Origin: Escherichia phage ESSI2_ev040 | DNA length: 30,597 bases | Direction: 5' to 3' (one strand) | Sequence record: NC_049393.1 | Shown here: piece after piece, positions 9,625-18,810 of the stretch | Layout of the letters: the number at the start of each line of letters is the position of its first letter | Position numbering within the stretch: the first letter of the stretch is position 1 | The notes under the pieces: generated by a model | Databases searched by the model: none | What the model was told of the DNA's origin: nothing | Seen by the model: only the letters and a program-made list of their open reading frames with translations | Made by a program: the position numbers and the translations under genes

Positions 9625-9907
9625 TCATACTCTCTCTTAAATTAATTTCGTCCACTAATTGATTATGACGCGCAGCGCACTGCCCATAAATTTCAGGATA
9701 AATTGTCAGTAATTCCGCTGCGTCTTTTCCTGTCGTACCGTTCAGGCGCGGCAGCTGCGTGGTGCATTTAGTTTTCAGGTTTTCCTGATAACGCACGCTC
9801 GGTACCGGCTGCGGCGCTGTTGTACATGCTGACAAACTCATCAGACAGACAACGATTGGTAAAAACGGGTTTAAGTATTTCCGTGCGTATCTCACGTGGT
9901 GCCACAT
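9608..9907 (-). CDS. o-spanin (Rz1-like outer-membrane lipoprotein)
   Basis: ORF in an alternative frame overlapping the 3' end of the Rz-like gene; signal-peptide-like N-terminus with lipobox LSAC; Pro-rich mature part. Confidence 0.5.
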   Translation of the reverse strand: MWHHVRYARKYLNPFLPIVVCLMSLSACTTAPQPVPSVRYQENLKTKCTTQLPRLNGTTGKDAAELLTIYPEIYGQCAARHNQLVDEINLRESMSDGTN

Positions 9908-10106
9908 TTTTTAACGCCTCCAGTTTATCTTCCAGCTCTCTGGCCGAATCACTGGCAATGCCCTGCATTACTTTTCGCGATTCATTACCGGCCACCTGCG
10001 CCGCTGTATTGATCGCCAGCTCTAAGCTGTCACGCCGCCAGTCAGCGGTCAGCCAGCCCCAGACAAACGCCAGCGCCACCACAACCAGCCACTGCCCGCT
10101 GCTCAT
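9768..10106 (-). CDS. i-spanin (Rz-like)
   Basis: 112 aa with N-terminal transmembrane segment (LVVVALAFVWGWL) and charged helical periplasmic part; follows the endolysin. Confidence 0.55.
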   Translation of the reverse strand: MSSGQWLVVVALAFVWGWLTADWRRDSLELAINTAAQVAGNESRKVMQGIASDSARELEDKLEALKNVAPREIRTEILKPVFTNRCLSDEFVSMYNSAAAGTERALSGKPEN

Positions 10107-10447
10107 CAGCGCACCCCGTTATGTTCCATGCTGAAATGATTGCCATCCGGCCTGGATTTGAAGCGCCCGCCCCAGCTGCCACCCAGTGATTCCCAGTATT
10201 CCCCCAGCGGCAGATAATCTTCCGTGCGGGTTTTATATTCGCCCTTCACGAACAGATTAAAATCCACAGCCAGACGCAGAGTGTGCAGACTGTTAGAAAT
10301 GCCGCTGCCTTTCTTCGCATTCAGCGCAGCCTGTTCTGGTGTGCGGTACGCTTCACCAAACGTCAGCCACATGCCATTTGCATTGGCATATTGAATTAAC
10401 AACGCAATCATTGATGTAAACCGTTGCTGTTTTTCACTCAGGGTCAT
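10106..10447 (-). CDS. endolysin, M15-family peptidase type
   Basis: 113 aa; H..D and terminal H motifs (SLHTLRLAVDF, GNHFSMEH) consistent with a zinc peptidase; between holin and spanins. Confidence 0.6.
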   Translation of the reverse strand: MTLSEKQQRFTSMIALLIQYANANGMWLTFGEAYRTPEQAALNAKKGSGISNSLHTLRLAVDFNLFVKGEYKTRTEDYLPLGEYWESLGGSWGGRFKSRPDGNHFSMEHNGVR

Positions 10448-10736
10448 TTGTCTTGCTCCCGTTCTGCTTTCCCGCTGCGCGTCTGCGCAGCCACACTTCC
10501 ACCGCCTGATAACCGGCTATCCCCAGCGCCGCCCCCAGCCCCTGAATGGCCAGCGGGCTGGCATCCGGGATCTGAATCAGCACCGCCCCGGCCACCACTG
10601 AAACCAGACTGCCCAGGATCACGCGACCGGCAAACAGGCGCGGCGTTATGGGGTCATTACTGGTCAGCACATTGCCGATGGCAATCAGTGCGCCAATGAT
10701 CAGCAGTGAATAAAGGCTCTTTTCATGCTCCTGCAT
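10434..10736 (-). CDS. putative holin
   Basis: 100 aa with two hydrophobic transmembrane segments and charged C-terminus, immediately upstream of the endolysin. Confidence 0.5.
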   Translation of the reverse strand: MQEHEKSLYSLLIIGALIAIGNVLTSNDPITPRLFAGRVILGSLVSVVAGAVLIQIPDASPLAIQGLGAALGIAGYQAVEVWLRRRAAGKQNGSKTNDPE

Positions 10737-10745
10737 CCCTGCCCC

Positions 10746-11201
10746 TTATCCGATCAGGTTTTCTGTGGCTTCCGCTTCCAGATACGGCACACCGTTGATG
10801 TTGACGAATTTCGGACTGGTCACGAAATATTTGATTTTGTGCGTGGTCACACCGCCACCTTTCGGATCAATATCCAGCAGGTTGCTGACCTGCAATTTAT
10901 TGCCGAACGTCTCCACCTTCATTTCTTCACTACTGGCTTTGGCATAGAAAAGAAAATCAAGTGGGGGAAGTCCGCGCCATGAACCCGCTGCGCGGGCTTT
11001 GGCTGTCAGCACCTGAAGTGTTTTTGAACTGACTTCAATTTCCCCTTCGGCGGCAACATCGCCGTCCACATACCCGTCAGGGACACCACGCGTCTGGGCG
11101 GCAGCGCTGTTATCCGTAATATCGAGCGTGATTTTCTCGATATGGATTAGATCGCCGTCCATATAGGTGTCAAACGACATACCCGAAATACGTTTGGTCA
11201 T
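10746..11201 (-). CDS. putative tail tube protein
   Basis: 151 aa directly after the sheath gene with ATGA-type overlap; size and position. Confidence 0.5.
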   Translation of the reverse strand: MTKRISGMSFDTYMDGDLIHIEKITLDITDNSAAAQTRGVPDGYVDGDVAAEGEIEVSSKTLQVLTAKARAAGSWRGLPPLDFLFYAKASSEEMKVETFGNKLQVSNLLDIDPKGGGVTTHKIKYFVTSPKFVNINGVPYLEAEATENLIG

Positions 11202-12325
11202 GCTGTGGCCTCCAGACTCGCATCCAGTAACAGACTGATGGTGATTTGCAGCGGCACTTCCCAGGTGCGCACCACAATGTAAATATCCACCGCCTTTTTG
11301 TTTTTCCAGACAATGGTCACATCACCATCCTGCGGCGGCTTCACCTCTCCCGGAAATGACACACCGTTAATGCTGGCCGCAGTGGACATTTCACGCAGTG
11401 GACGGGCAAACAGTGTCTGATGTGCGGCGATACTTCCCGGCGTGCTGTTCAGCGAGCGATCCGCGATTTTGCTGATAGCCAGCAGACGAACACGGCGGGC
11501 AGCTTTATCCGCAACGCGCAGTGTTTCAATCGACTGGTAATCACCGCCCTCAACATCCAGCGTGCGGCCATCAGCCCAGTAAAAACCGTCATAATCCGGG
11601 TACCACATCGGCACACTGAAACGCTGTGCTTCAAGCGCCTGAAGTGTGGCCAGTTCCAGCACTTCTCCGGTACCATCAACCGGCATTTCATCACTGCCCA
11701 GATTCATCAGAGCACCGGTTTTAACCCGCGCCGGACTGTCAGCAATGGTTACAGCGCGGCTACACAGGCGACCAGCCAGCACGCCCGGTTCATTTCCCCA
11801 CAGGCGGGGAACCAGCTGCACCGCCTTTTCTGCAATACCATCCTGAAGGGTGGCCATGCGTACCAGATAATCCGCCTGTGCTTCTTCATCCTGCATTCCC
11901 TGTGCGGCCAGGATGAACCACACCCAGCGGCCATACTTTGAAATCAGGGTGGATCGTAACGTCACGGCCTGATTTACCTGCGCTTTAGCGGTCACATCGT
12001 CAGACAGCACCACGCCTTCCACAGAGCACACCACCTGCGCGGCCAGAACCGCTTTCACCCAGGCATCTGCCTCCGCATCAGCTGGCAGGACGTGAATGAA
12101 CCCCCACCAGTTCTGGCCAGCGTTCGCCAGCGCAGCCAGAACATCATTTTTCAGCGGGCTGGCTTCCTCGCCCAGCAGTGAATCAAAATCACTCTGGACA
12201 TTCACCGCCAGCGTTTTCCCAACATTTTTGGTACCCGTACCGATAAACAGCAGTGTGCGTTCCACCTCATTGGTTTCACCCAACAGCTGATTTACCTGGT
12301 TTACGGTCACAATTGGCCAGGTCAT
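11198..12325 (-). CDS. putative tail sheath protein
   Basis: 375 aa, coupled to upstream and downstream genes, precedes the tube gene; by size and position. Confidence 0.55.
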   Translation of the reverse strand: MTWPIVTVNQVNQLLGETNEVERTLLFIGTGTKNVGKTLAVNVQSDFDSLLGEEASPLKNDVLAALANAGQNWWGFIHVLPADAEADAWVKAVLAAQVVCSVEGVVLSDDVTAKAQVNQAVTLRSTLISKYGRWVWFILAAQGMQDEEAQADYLVRMATLQDGIAEKAVQLVPRLWGNEPGVLAGRLCSRAVTIADSPARVKTGALMNLGSDEMPVDGTGEVLELATLQALEAQRFSVPMWYPDYDGFYWADGRTLDVEGGDYQSIETLRVADKAARRVRLLAISKIADRSLNSTPGSIAAHQTLFARPLREMSTAASINGVSFPGEVKPPQDGDVTIVWKNKKAVDIYIVVRTWEVPLQITISLLLDASLEATA

Positions 12326-13029
12326 GCTTTCCCCTTAATATCCTGCGCTTTAACGTCCCAGCCAAAGCCGATGGCCTGAAGCTGACGCGCCAGCGCCTTG
12401 TCAAATTCATCATCATTCATGCCCAGAAACACACGGGCAGGAAGATCCACTGTCCAGCTGGTTTTCACGGCTTTACCGCTGAGTTTTCGAATCAGCAGCC
12501 CCGCCTGGCTGTATGGCATCGTTTTGGTGATTTCGCCCAGTGTGGGCTTTTTCCATCGCTTACCGGTTTTCACCCGGTACCCCAGCGCCCGTAATTTTTT
12601 GGCCTGGGCAGGTGTCGCCATTTTCCCGGCCTCCGCCTTCCGTGGCTGATTACTGCGGCTGACTTTCACGCGCATTCCGTTTTGTTGCGTGTAACCCACT
12701 GTTCCGGCTGGTACCGGCGTTTCCCCGTTCCGGTATCCGCCGCCCTGCAAATAGATCCGCACAGCCTGAATTTCTGGCATTTCACGGATATGCAGCAGCT
12801 TTGGCAGGTTGCGCAGCATCTTCCCTTTGCGTTTTGTCTTACGTCCCGGCCACTTCTGGCCATCCGGGGATTCCTGATTGCGCACATGCCGTTTTGCCGC
12901 AGCAATCACGCCATATTTGGCCAGACGCCAGATCAGACGCTGCCGTTTTCTCGGCGGCAGCTCCATACTGGCCAGTGCCTTGCGCAATTCGGCCAGCTGT
13001 TTTTTATTCAGCTCGCCACCGGCAATCAT
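12322..13029 (-). CDS. phage virion morphogenesis / tail completion protein (S-like)
   Basis: 235 aa, basic Lys/Arg-rich, between the head completion and sheath genes. Confidence 0.45.
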   Translation of the reverse strand: MIAGGELNKKQLAELRKALASMELPPRKRQRLIWRLAKYGVIAAAKRHVRNQESPDGQKWPGRKTKRKGKMLRNLPKLLHIREMPEIQAVRIYLQGGGYRNGETPVPAGTVGYTQQNGMRVKVSRSNQPRKAEAGKMATPAQAKKLRALGYRVKTGKRWKKPTLGEITKTMPYSQAGLLIRKLSGKAVKTSWTVDLPARVFLGMNDDEFDKALARQLQAIGFGWDVKAQDIKGKA

Positions 13030-13532
13030 TCGCCATCCCCCACCGGCGCCCCGGCCTCATCCACGCTGTAAATACTGGCGGTCAGTGCCGTCCAGATTTC
13101 AGGCTCAACCAGTGACCATCGCTCACCCCGCCACGGAATAGCCCCGTTTTCGTCCTGCCTGATCACCAGTTCTTCCACCATCGGAACAGTCAGCACCACA
13201 GTGGCCACTTCCTCATCCTCCACCGACACATCCCAGTCCGGTTCGGCTTCACTCAGTCCCACTTCATCCAGTAGTTCCCTGTCAGCATCATCCAGCCACG
13301 CCGCCAGTAAGGACATAAGCAGCTGCGGCGGGCACAGGCGATACGGGAAACGCTCCCAGCTCAGAACCGCGTCATATCGGATCACCGCCTGGCGATATTG
13401 TCCCAGTCCGTAATCCTTCGCCGCAGGAATGAACTTCATCTCATCCAGCACACTGTCAAATGACTGCATCGCACGGGGCGGGACATTCTCTTTAAAAAAT
13501 GCGGTCAGGCTCTGGATCTGCGTCTGGCTCAT
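13026..13532 (-). CDS. hypothetical acidic phage protein (possible tail completion, R-like position)
   Basis: 168 aa, start overlaps the stop of the head completion gene; function by position only. Confidence 0.35.
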   Translation of the reverse strand: MSQTQIQSLTAFFKENVPPRAMQSFDSVLDEMKFIPAAKDYGLGQYRQAVIRYDAVLSWERFPYRLCPPQLLMSLLAAWLDDADRELLDEVGLSEAEPDWDVSVEDEEVATVVLTVPMVEELVIRQDENGAIPWRGERWSLVEPEIWTALTASIYSVDEAGAPVGDGE

Positions 13533-14032
13533 ACTTTTTTCACCGTTGCCCGTTTCAGCCCTTTCATACGGCGGATCACCACCGATGCTTCAGCCAGTAA
13601 CCCCGCACGGGTTTCCATGCTTTCCTGTCCCGGATGGGTATCACGCCGCCCGATCGTGGCAAACTCCCCCAGCAGATCCGCTTTTGCCCTGGCAAAAACG
13701 GCCTTCATATACTGGGCGCACAGGCTGTTCAGTCCGCCCATTTTTACGCCTGGTACCTCTGCCGCCAGCGTGTGGCCTTTCGCTTTCCAGCTGGTTTCCA
13801 CGTTTTCCAGCTCCGCATTCACCTCCGCCACTGCCGCAAGTAGCGCCTGGCTGATGGTGTCAGCGTCAATATCTGGCGGTAGTGACCGCTGCGCCTGAAA
13901 ATCCTTCAGATTCAGGTCTGGCCAGAATCCGTTATTGGTCAGCGGTTCATCCCGATAATCCAGCGGTTTTCCGCTAAACATAAATCCCCCGAAAAAGGCG
14001 GACTGGCCGGTTTCCACGGCGCAGTTACACAC
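13529..14032 (-). CDS. L: head completion/stabilisation protein (P2 gpL-like)
   Basis: 167 aa with FWPDLN motif recalled from P2 gpL; position after the terminase small subunit. Confidence 0.65.
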   Translation of the reverse strand: MCNCAVETGQSAFFGGFMFSGKPLDYRDEPLTNNGFWPDLNLKDFQAQRSLPPDIDADTISQALLAAVAEVNAELENVETSWKAKGHTLAAEVPGVKMGGLNSLCAQYMKAVFARAKADLLGEFATIGRRDTHPGQESMETRAGLLAEASVVIRRMKGLKRATVKKV

Positions 14033-14077
14033 AATGTGTTCTGCCCTCCACCGCGTCCGCCTGGCTTGCGGTAGTCT

Positions 14078-14275
14078 TTAAATCTGAACCGGGGTCAGTT
14101 CCCCCTCATCAAACCAGGCATCTACAGCCCGGCCATCAGCAGCCAGATAGTGGATCAGGTATTGATTGGTGCAGTTGGTATACTCTGCACGGGCTTTCAC
14201 ATGCCCTTCTTCACCACTGATAGTAACTGCCACTACCTGCCCCAATTCATGTTTGAATTTGATACGTGTTGCCAT
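14078..14275 (-). CDS. hypothetical small protein (65 aa) between the M-like and L-like genes
   Basis: Compact ORF filling the gap between two head genes; no motif recognised. Confidence 0.4.
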   Translation of the reverse strand: MATRIKFKHELGQVVAVTISGEEGHVKARAEYTNCTNQYLIHYLAADGRAVDAWFDEGELTPVQI

Positions 14276-14277
14276 TT

Positions 14278-14982
14278 TTAAACTCCGTTTTCGAGGCGTC
14301 GAATACGGGCGGCAATCGTCTGCCGTGTAGTCTTTACGCCAATTTTTAAGTAGTGCTTTTCTGCGATGGCCAGCAGTTGATCGGCCTTTTTCAGTGTTTC
14401 AATATCATCCACGCCCGCCGCCGTTTTCTGACCATCGTCATTGCGTAGTAACTCCAGACCGGCAAACTTGAACCATTTGGCCGTCACTTGCTCATGCAGT
14501 CGCCAGGTGTTTGCCACCCGCTCAAACGTGCGGGTGAAATAAGGCTCCACACTTTCCCCGCGCCCTGCGGTTTCCTGCGCCCATGCCAGCATCGTATCCG
14601 CCACGAAAGTGGGAAAATTGCTGCGTAACCGATCCGGGGTTGCCTGCTGCTGGCTGATAGCAATGTCAGCCCAGTCCAGCGCCTTATCCAGATCGCCCAC
14701 GTCAAACAGCCAGATAACACACCAGGCGAAAACCGGATTTGCATACACCAGGCCACTCTCCAGATAGGCTTCCACAGTGGGAACCCAGCGCGGCAACAGC
14801 ACATCGCGTTTATACTCGACGCGATCGGCGATGGTAGGCAGACTTCGAACGTGTTCCACATCCGTTTCCAGCGCCCTGATCAGCAGGTGCATACTTTCCG
14901 TGGTTTCCAGTGCCTGGCTGCGCTTCAGCTTTTGTTCCATTGCAATACGCTGGCTGTGACGCTGCGCGGGGGAAAGTGCCAT
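14278..14982 (-). CDS. M: terminase small (endonuclease) subunit, P2 gpM-like
   Basis: 234 aa immediately after the major capsid gene in P2 O-N-M-L order. Confidence 0.75.
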   Translation of the reverse strand: MALSPAQRHSQRIAMEQKLKRSQALETTESMHLLIRALETDVEHVRSLPTIADRVEYKRDVLLPRWVPTVEAYLESGLVYANPVFAWCVIWLFDVGDLDKALDWADIAISQQQATPDRLRSNFPTFVADTMLAWAQETAGRGESVEPYFTRTFERVANTWRLHEQVTAKWFKFAGLELLRNDDGQKTAAGVDDIETLKKADQLLAIAEKHYLKIGVKTTRQTIAARIRRLENGV

Positions 14983-14985
14983 TTA

Positions 14986-16023
14986 TCAGCCCTCCACCGG
15001 TTCGGAGACTTTGCCGATTGTCACAGCGGATTCATCAATGGCCGCATACAGCTCCGGCACTTCCACCGCGTAACCTTCATTGCGCAGGTATTTGTTTTCG
15101 AACTGCTTACGATCTTCAACAAACTCCGCCTTACGCATACGGGTATTGCGCTGGGTGTAGATGTGCAGATTAGAAAGCGGCGTCACTACCATGCGTTTAC
15201 CCGGCATAAACGGCGGGATAATGGCCTGACGGCCAGCAATGGTGCTTCCCAGCATTTGCGCAGCAATTTTTTCAGTCGGACGGTCTGCTGCCTGATACAG
15301 TCGATACTGTTCAGCAGCGACCAGATCGGCACCGACCAGGACAACCAGACGCGGGTCATTGCGGAACTGCGCCGGGATTTTGGCGTTAATCAGATCGGAC
15401 GCCATTGCATCCAGTGACTTGTAATCCCCGGCCTCATCGAGCACCACGGGATCGGTCATAATCTGATTGCCACCCAGCAGCGTTTTCATTCGCTCATGCC
15501 AGCCGACGTTCACATCTTCGCCGTTCGGGTTAGCTTCGGGATCAGTGGTTTTTGCGCGGCTTTTACCGTTAAAACCAATACGCAGCATATCCAGTGCAAA
15601 AGCCTGCGTGGTGAATGCCTGGACAAGGTTGAAAAACTCGTTTTCATCCTTACCCGCATTTGCCCAGACAGAAAGCAGATCCCAGCGCAACGCGGCGCAG
15701 CTGTCTGTCTCAACCAGCGAATAGTCATTACCGTCAACACCCACACGACGAATAAAACGGCCATTTTCGCTGCGGCCGGTATGCAGCACGGAGGAACCGA
15801 CAGAGATCACCTGGCCACTCAACTGGTCAACATCCAGACAGGTGATCATGTTCAGGAACTCGACGGACTCCAGCAACGCAAGACGCAGCGCATTTTCCTG
15901 CGGGTCATTCAGGGAAAAATAACGACTGGTATCACGTGCGCCAAAATGCTGCGCCATTCCCGCCGAATATTTATCCAGTAAATCCCGCGCACGATTATTA
16001 AGGTGCATAAAACTCCCTCGCAA
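14986..16023 (-). CDS. N: major capsid protein, P2 gpN-like
   Basis: 345 aa, P2-family capsid size and position between scaffold and small terminase. Confidence 0.85.
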   Translation of the reverse strand: MRGSFMHLNNRARDLLDKYSAGMAQHFGARDTSRYFSLNDPQENALRLALLESVEFLNMITCLDVDQLSGQVISVGSSVLHTGRSENGRFIRRVGVDGNDYSLVETDSCAALRWDLLSVWANAGKDENEFFNLVQAFTTQAFALDMLRIGFNGKSRAKTTDPEANPNGEDVNVGWHERMKTLLGGNQIMTDPVVLDEAGDYKSLDAMASDLINAKIPAQFRNDPRLVVLVGADLVAAEQYRLYQAADRPTEKIAAQMLGSTIAGRQAIIPPFMPGKRMVVTPLSNLHIYTQRNTRMRKAEFVEDRKQFENKYLRNEGYAVEVPELYAAIDESAVTIGKVSEPVEG

Positions 16024-16071
16024 TTAAGCGATATATAAAATTTATTCTGGGCTAATCAGCGTTAAAGCGAA

Positions 16072-16872
16072 TTACAGAAAATTATATTTCCCTGCTTTTT
16101 CTGAAATTTTACGCCCCGGTGAACGGGTATTCTTATTACCCAGATCGTTAAAGCGGGTTACGATTTCTTTCGCATTATCACGAATGGTCGCAAACTCTTC
16201 CGTGTCCACAACTTCAACAATAGTATCCACATCTTCCTGAACAGTGCTCAGTTGTGTTTCAATTGCCCCCACTCGCGCTTCCAGATCGTTAACAGCATTC
16301 GCAAGCGCCTGCAATTTATCATCACCCTGCTGCGTATCATCCTGCTGACCTTCGCTTTCAAACTTTGGCTTAATGCCAAATAAATGGTGCCAGGTTTTTT
16401 TCATCAGTTCTTCCTGCTTAATTTTTCCGTCACGGGAAATTACGCAACTGTAATATCCCTGTTTTGATAGTCTGCGCCGACTAAAGCGCAACCGTGTAGT
16501 GCCCACACTGGCGGGATTGTCCGTTACGGCCAGTCCGCCCAGATACGTTCGCTCACCTCCGCGCCAGTTAAGTTCTGGCTCAACAGAGAAATAAAGCAAC
16601 TGCCCTTCATCATTGGCATACAACAGGCGCTTGTTAGGACACAGGCTCACATATAATCGTGCCAGCCCATCTTCCCCGTCCTGCCACATCGCCTTTAGCA
16701 CTTCGCCAAAATTACCGGCATATCGTTCATGTTCAGGCCAGATTAGTGCGGCGTAATGGGTGACATCATAGGTTTCCCCCATGTCAATAATCCATTGCCG
16801 TTCCATGACCCTGCCATCAACCGTATCGCCTTCTGTGGCAACACACAGCCAGTCAGTTTTTAAATGCGACAT
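16072..16872 (-). CDS. O: capsid scaffolding protein, P2 gpO-like
   Basis: 266 aa with acidic coiled C-terminal part; divergent from the P/Q genes as in P2; AGGGGGG RBS before ATG 16872. Confidence 0.85.
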   Translation of the reverse strand: MSHLKTDWLCVATEGDTVDGRVMERQWIIDMGETYDVTHYAALIWPEHERYAGNFGEVLKAMWQDGEDGLARLYVSLCPNKRLLYANDEGQLLYFSVEPELNWRGGERTYLGGLAVTDNPASVGTTRLRFSRRRLSKQGYYSCVISRDGKIKQEELMKKTWHHLFGIKPKFESEGQQDDTQQGDDKLQALANAVNDLEARVGAIETQLSTVQEDVDTIVEVVDTEEFATIRDNAKEIVTRFNDLGNKNTRSPGRKISEKAGKYNFL

Positions 16873-17034
16873 ATCCCCCCTGATTTATTCACTGACCCTG
16901 CGAACTCAATTATTGCCAAATAAAACTGCCGCTGCATTACGCTTTATTCTGAACAGTTCGGTTATAACGCTTTACCGAACAGAGACGAATTAACACCACC
17001 GTTTTTTCATTACAGCCACGGCATAATTATCCGC
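16873..17034. promoter_or_regulatory. divergent late promoter region between the scaffold and terminase genes, with 7-bp inverted repeat GTTCGGT-N11-ACCGAAC at 16956-16980
   Basis: Intergenic region between divergent late operons; perfect inverted repeat seen directly; analogy to Ogr/B/Delta-activated P2/186 late promoters. Confidence 0.45.
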
Positions 17035-18810
17035 ATGGCTAAATACTCTGAAGAATTAAAAGGCGTTGTTCGCGCACTTTATCTGCGCCGCTATACGCCA
17101 AAGGAAATCGCATCTGAATTAAATCTGCCGAATGCGCGGATCGTTTACTACTGGGCGGAGAAATACAGCTGGGCGGATTTGCTCAGTTTTGAAAGCACAG
17201 AGGAAGCAATTGAACGCCGTTACCAGCTGCTGGCCAGCCGCGATAACAAAACCGATCTCGACCTGAAAGAAATGGACATGCTCATTGCTCATGCCACGAA
17301 ACTGCGTGCGCAGAGTAATAAACACAAAGAGAAAATGGCCAGCGGTCAGAATTCAGGGCAAGCAGCTGTGCGGGACAAGAATGACGACGAACCGCGCAGC
17401 AAACGGAAATACAAGAAAAACGATATTTCCTCGCTGACGCAGGAGGACTTTGACGCATGGGCTGAGGAACATCTTTTTGAATATCAGAAACACCTGCGCA
17501 ATAACATTGGCCAGCTTGTCAGGAATATCCTGAAAAGCCGCCAGATCGGTGCAACCTGGTATTTTGCGTTTGAAGCGTTTGAAAACGCGGTGATGACCGG
17601 CGATCCGCAAATCTTTCTGTCAGCATCAAAGGCTCAGGCTGAAGTGTTCCGGTCTTACATCGTGAATATTGCAGAGCAGTATTTCGGTATTACGCTGACC
17701 GGCAACCCGATCCGCTTAAGCAACGGCGCAGAACTGCGTTTTCTCTCCACCAACAAAAACACCGCCCAGTCCTACAGTGGCCACCTGTACTGTGACGAAT
17801 ATTTCTGGGTGCCAAACTTTGCAAAACTTAACGAAGTGGCCAGCGCAATGGCCACACATGACAAGTGGCGCACCACCTATTTTTCAACGCCATCGGCAAA
17901 AACGCACCAGGCGTACCCGTTCTGGACGGGCGATGAGTGGAAACAGGGCAGTAAAAAACGTGCGGCCATTAAATTTCCGTCCTTTAACGAAATGCGTGAC
18001 GGCGGGCGACTCTGCCCGGATGGGCAATGGCGCTACGTCATTACGATGGAAGATGCCATTGCAGGCGGTTTCAACCTGGCAAACATCGAAAAGCTTCGCA
18101 ACCGCTACAACGACGCCACTTTTAACATGCTCTATATGTGCGTGTTCGTTGACAGCAAAGATTCCGTTTTCAGCTTTTCCGACCTGGAAGCCTGCGGCGT
18201 TGAAGTCGACACCTGGCAGGATCACAACCCTGATGCAGCCCGTCCATTCGGTGACAGGGCAGTGTGGGGCGGCTTTGACCCGGCTCGCAGCGGGGATTTG
18301 TCCTGTTTTGTCATCATCGCCCCGCCGATGCTCGCCGTGGAGAAGTTCCGCGTTCTGAAGGTGATTTACTGGAAAGGCATGAACTTCCGGTACCAGGCAA
18401 AACAGATCGAGCAGTTGTTCAAAAAATATAACTTCACTTATCTGGGGGTGGACGTTACCGGCATTGGCCAGGGTGTTTTTGACAACATTCAGCATTTTGC
18501 CATGCGTGTGGCCGTCCCTATTCGTTACGACCTGAACACCAAAAATAAGCTGGTACTGAAAGCGGTGGATGTGGTGGAAAGCCAGCGTATTGAGTGGGAT
18601 AAAAACCTGAAAGAGATCGCGGCCAGCTTTATGTCTGTGCGCCGAACCACCACACAAAGCGGCAACGCCATGACGTTTGTCGCTGACCGCAGCCAGGATA
18701 CCGGCCACGCAGAGGCATTCTGGGCGATTACCCACGGTCTGCATAACGAACCCCTTAACTATGAAAACAAACCGAAATCCCGCTGGGGTGTAAGGAAAGA
18801 GGCAGCATGA
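17035..18810 (+). CDS. P: terminase large (ATPase) subunit, P2 gpP-like
   Basis: 591 aa; P2-like P then Q order; ATGA overlap with the portal gene. Confidence 0.9.
   Translation: MAKYSEELKGVVRALYLRRYTPKEIASELNLPNARIVYYWAEKYSWADLLSFESTEEAIERRYQLLASRDNKTDLDLKEMDMLIAHATKLRAQSNKHKEKMASGQNSGQAAVRDKNDDEPRSKRKYKKNDISSLTQEDFDAWAEEHLFEYQKHLRNNIGQLVRNILKSRQIGATWYFAFEAFENAVMTGDPQIFLSASKAQAEVFRSYIVNIAEQYFGITLTGNPIRLSNGAELRFLSTNKNTAQSYSGHLYCDEYFWVPNFAKLNEVASAMATHDKWRTTYFSTPSAKTHQAYPFWTGDEWKQGSKKRAAIKFPSFNEMRDGGRLCPDGQWRYVITMEDAIAGGFNLANIEKLRNRYNDATFNMLYMCVFVDSKDSVFSFSDLEACGVEVDTWQDHNPDAARPFGDRAVWGGFDPARSGDLSCFVIIAPPMLAVEKFRVLKVIYWKGMNFRYQAKQIEQLFKKYNFTYLGVDVTGIGQGVFDNIQHFAMRVAVPIRYDLNTKNKLVLKAVDVVESQRIEWDKNLKEIAASFMSVRRTTTQSGNAMTFVADRSQDTGHAEAFWAITHGLHNEPLNYENKPKSRWGVRKEAA

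Noticed and set aside
14851-15981. Plus-strand ORFs antisense to the major capsid gene (14851..15417, 15496..15981)
   Set aside because: Antisense to the capsid gene with no independent support.
16781-16993. 70-aa plus-strand ORF spanning the late promoter region
   Set aside because: Overlaps the scaffold gene start and the divergent promoter region; no RBS; likely spurious.
17777-18744. Long ORFs overlapping the terminase large subunit gene (17884..18744 minus, 17777..18358 plus)
   Set aside because: Lie entirely inside the terminase ATPase coding sequence; typical GC-rich shadow ORFs.
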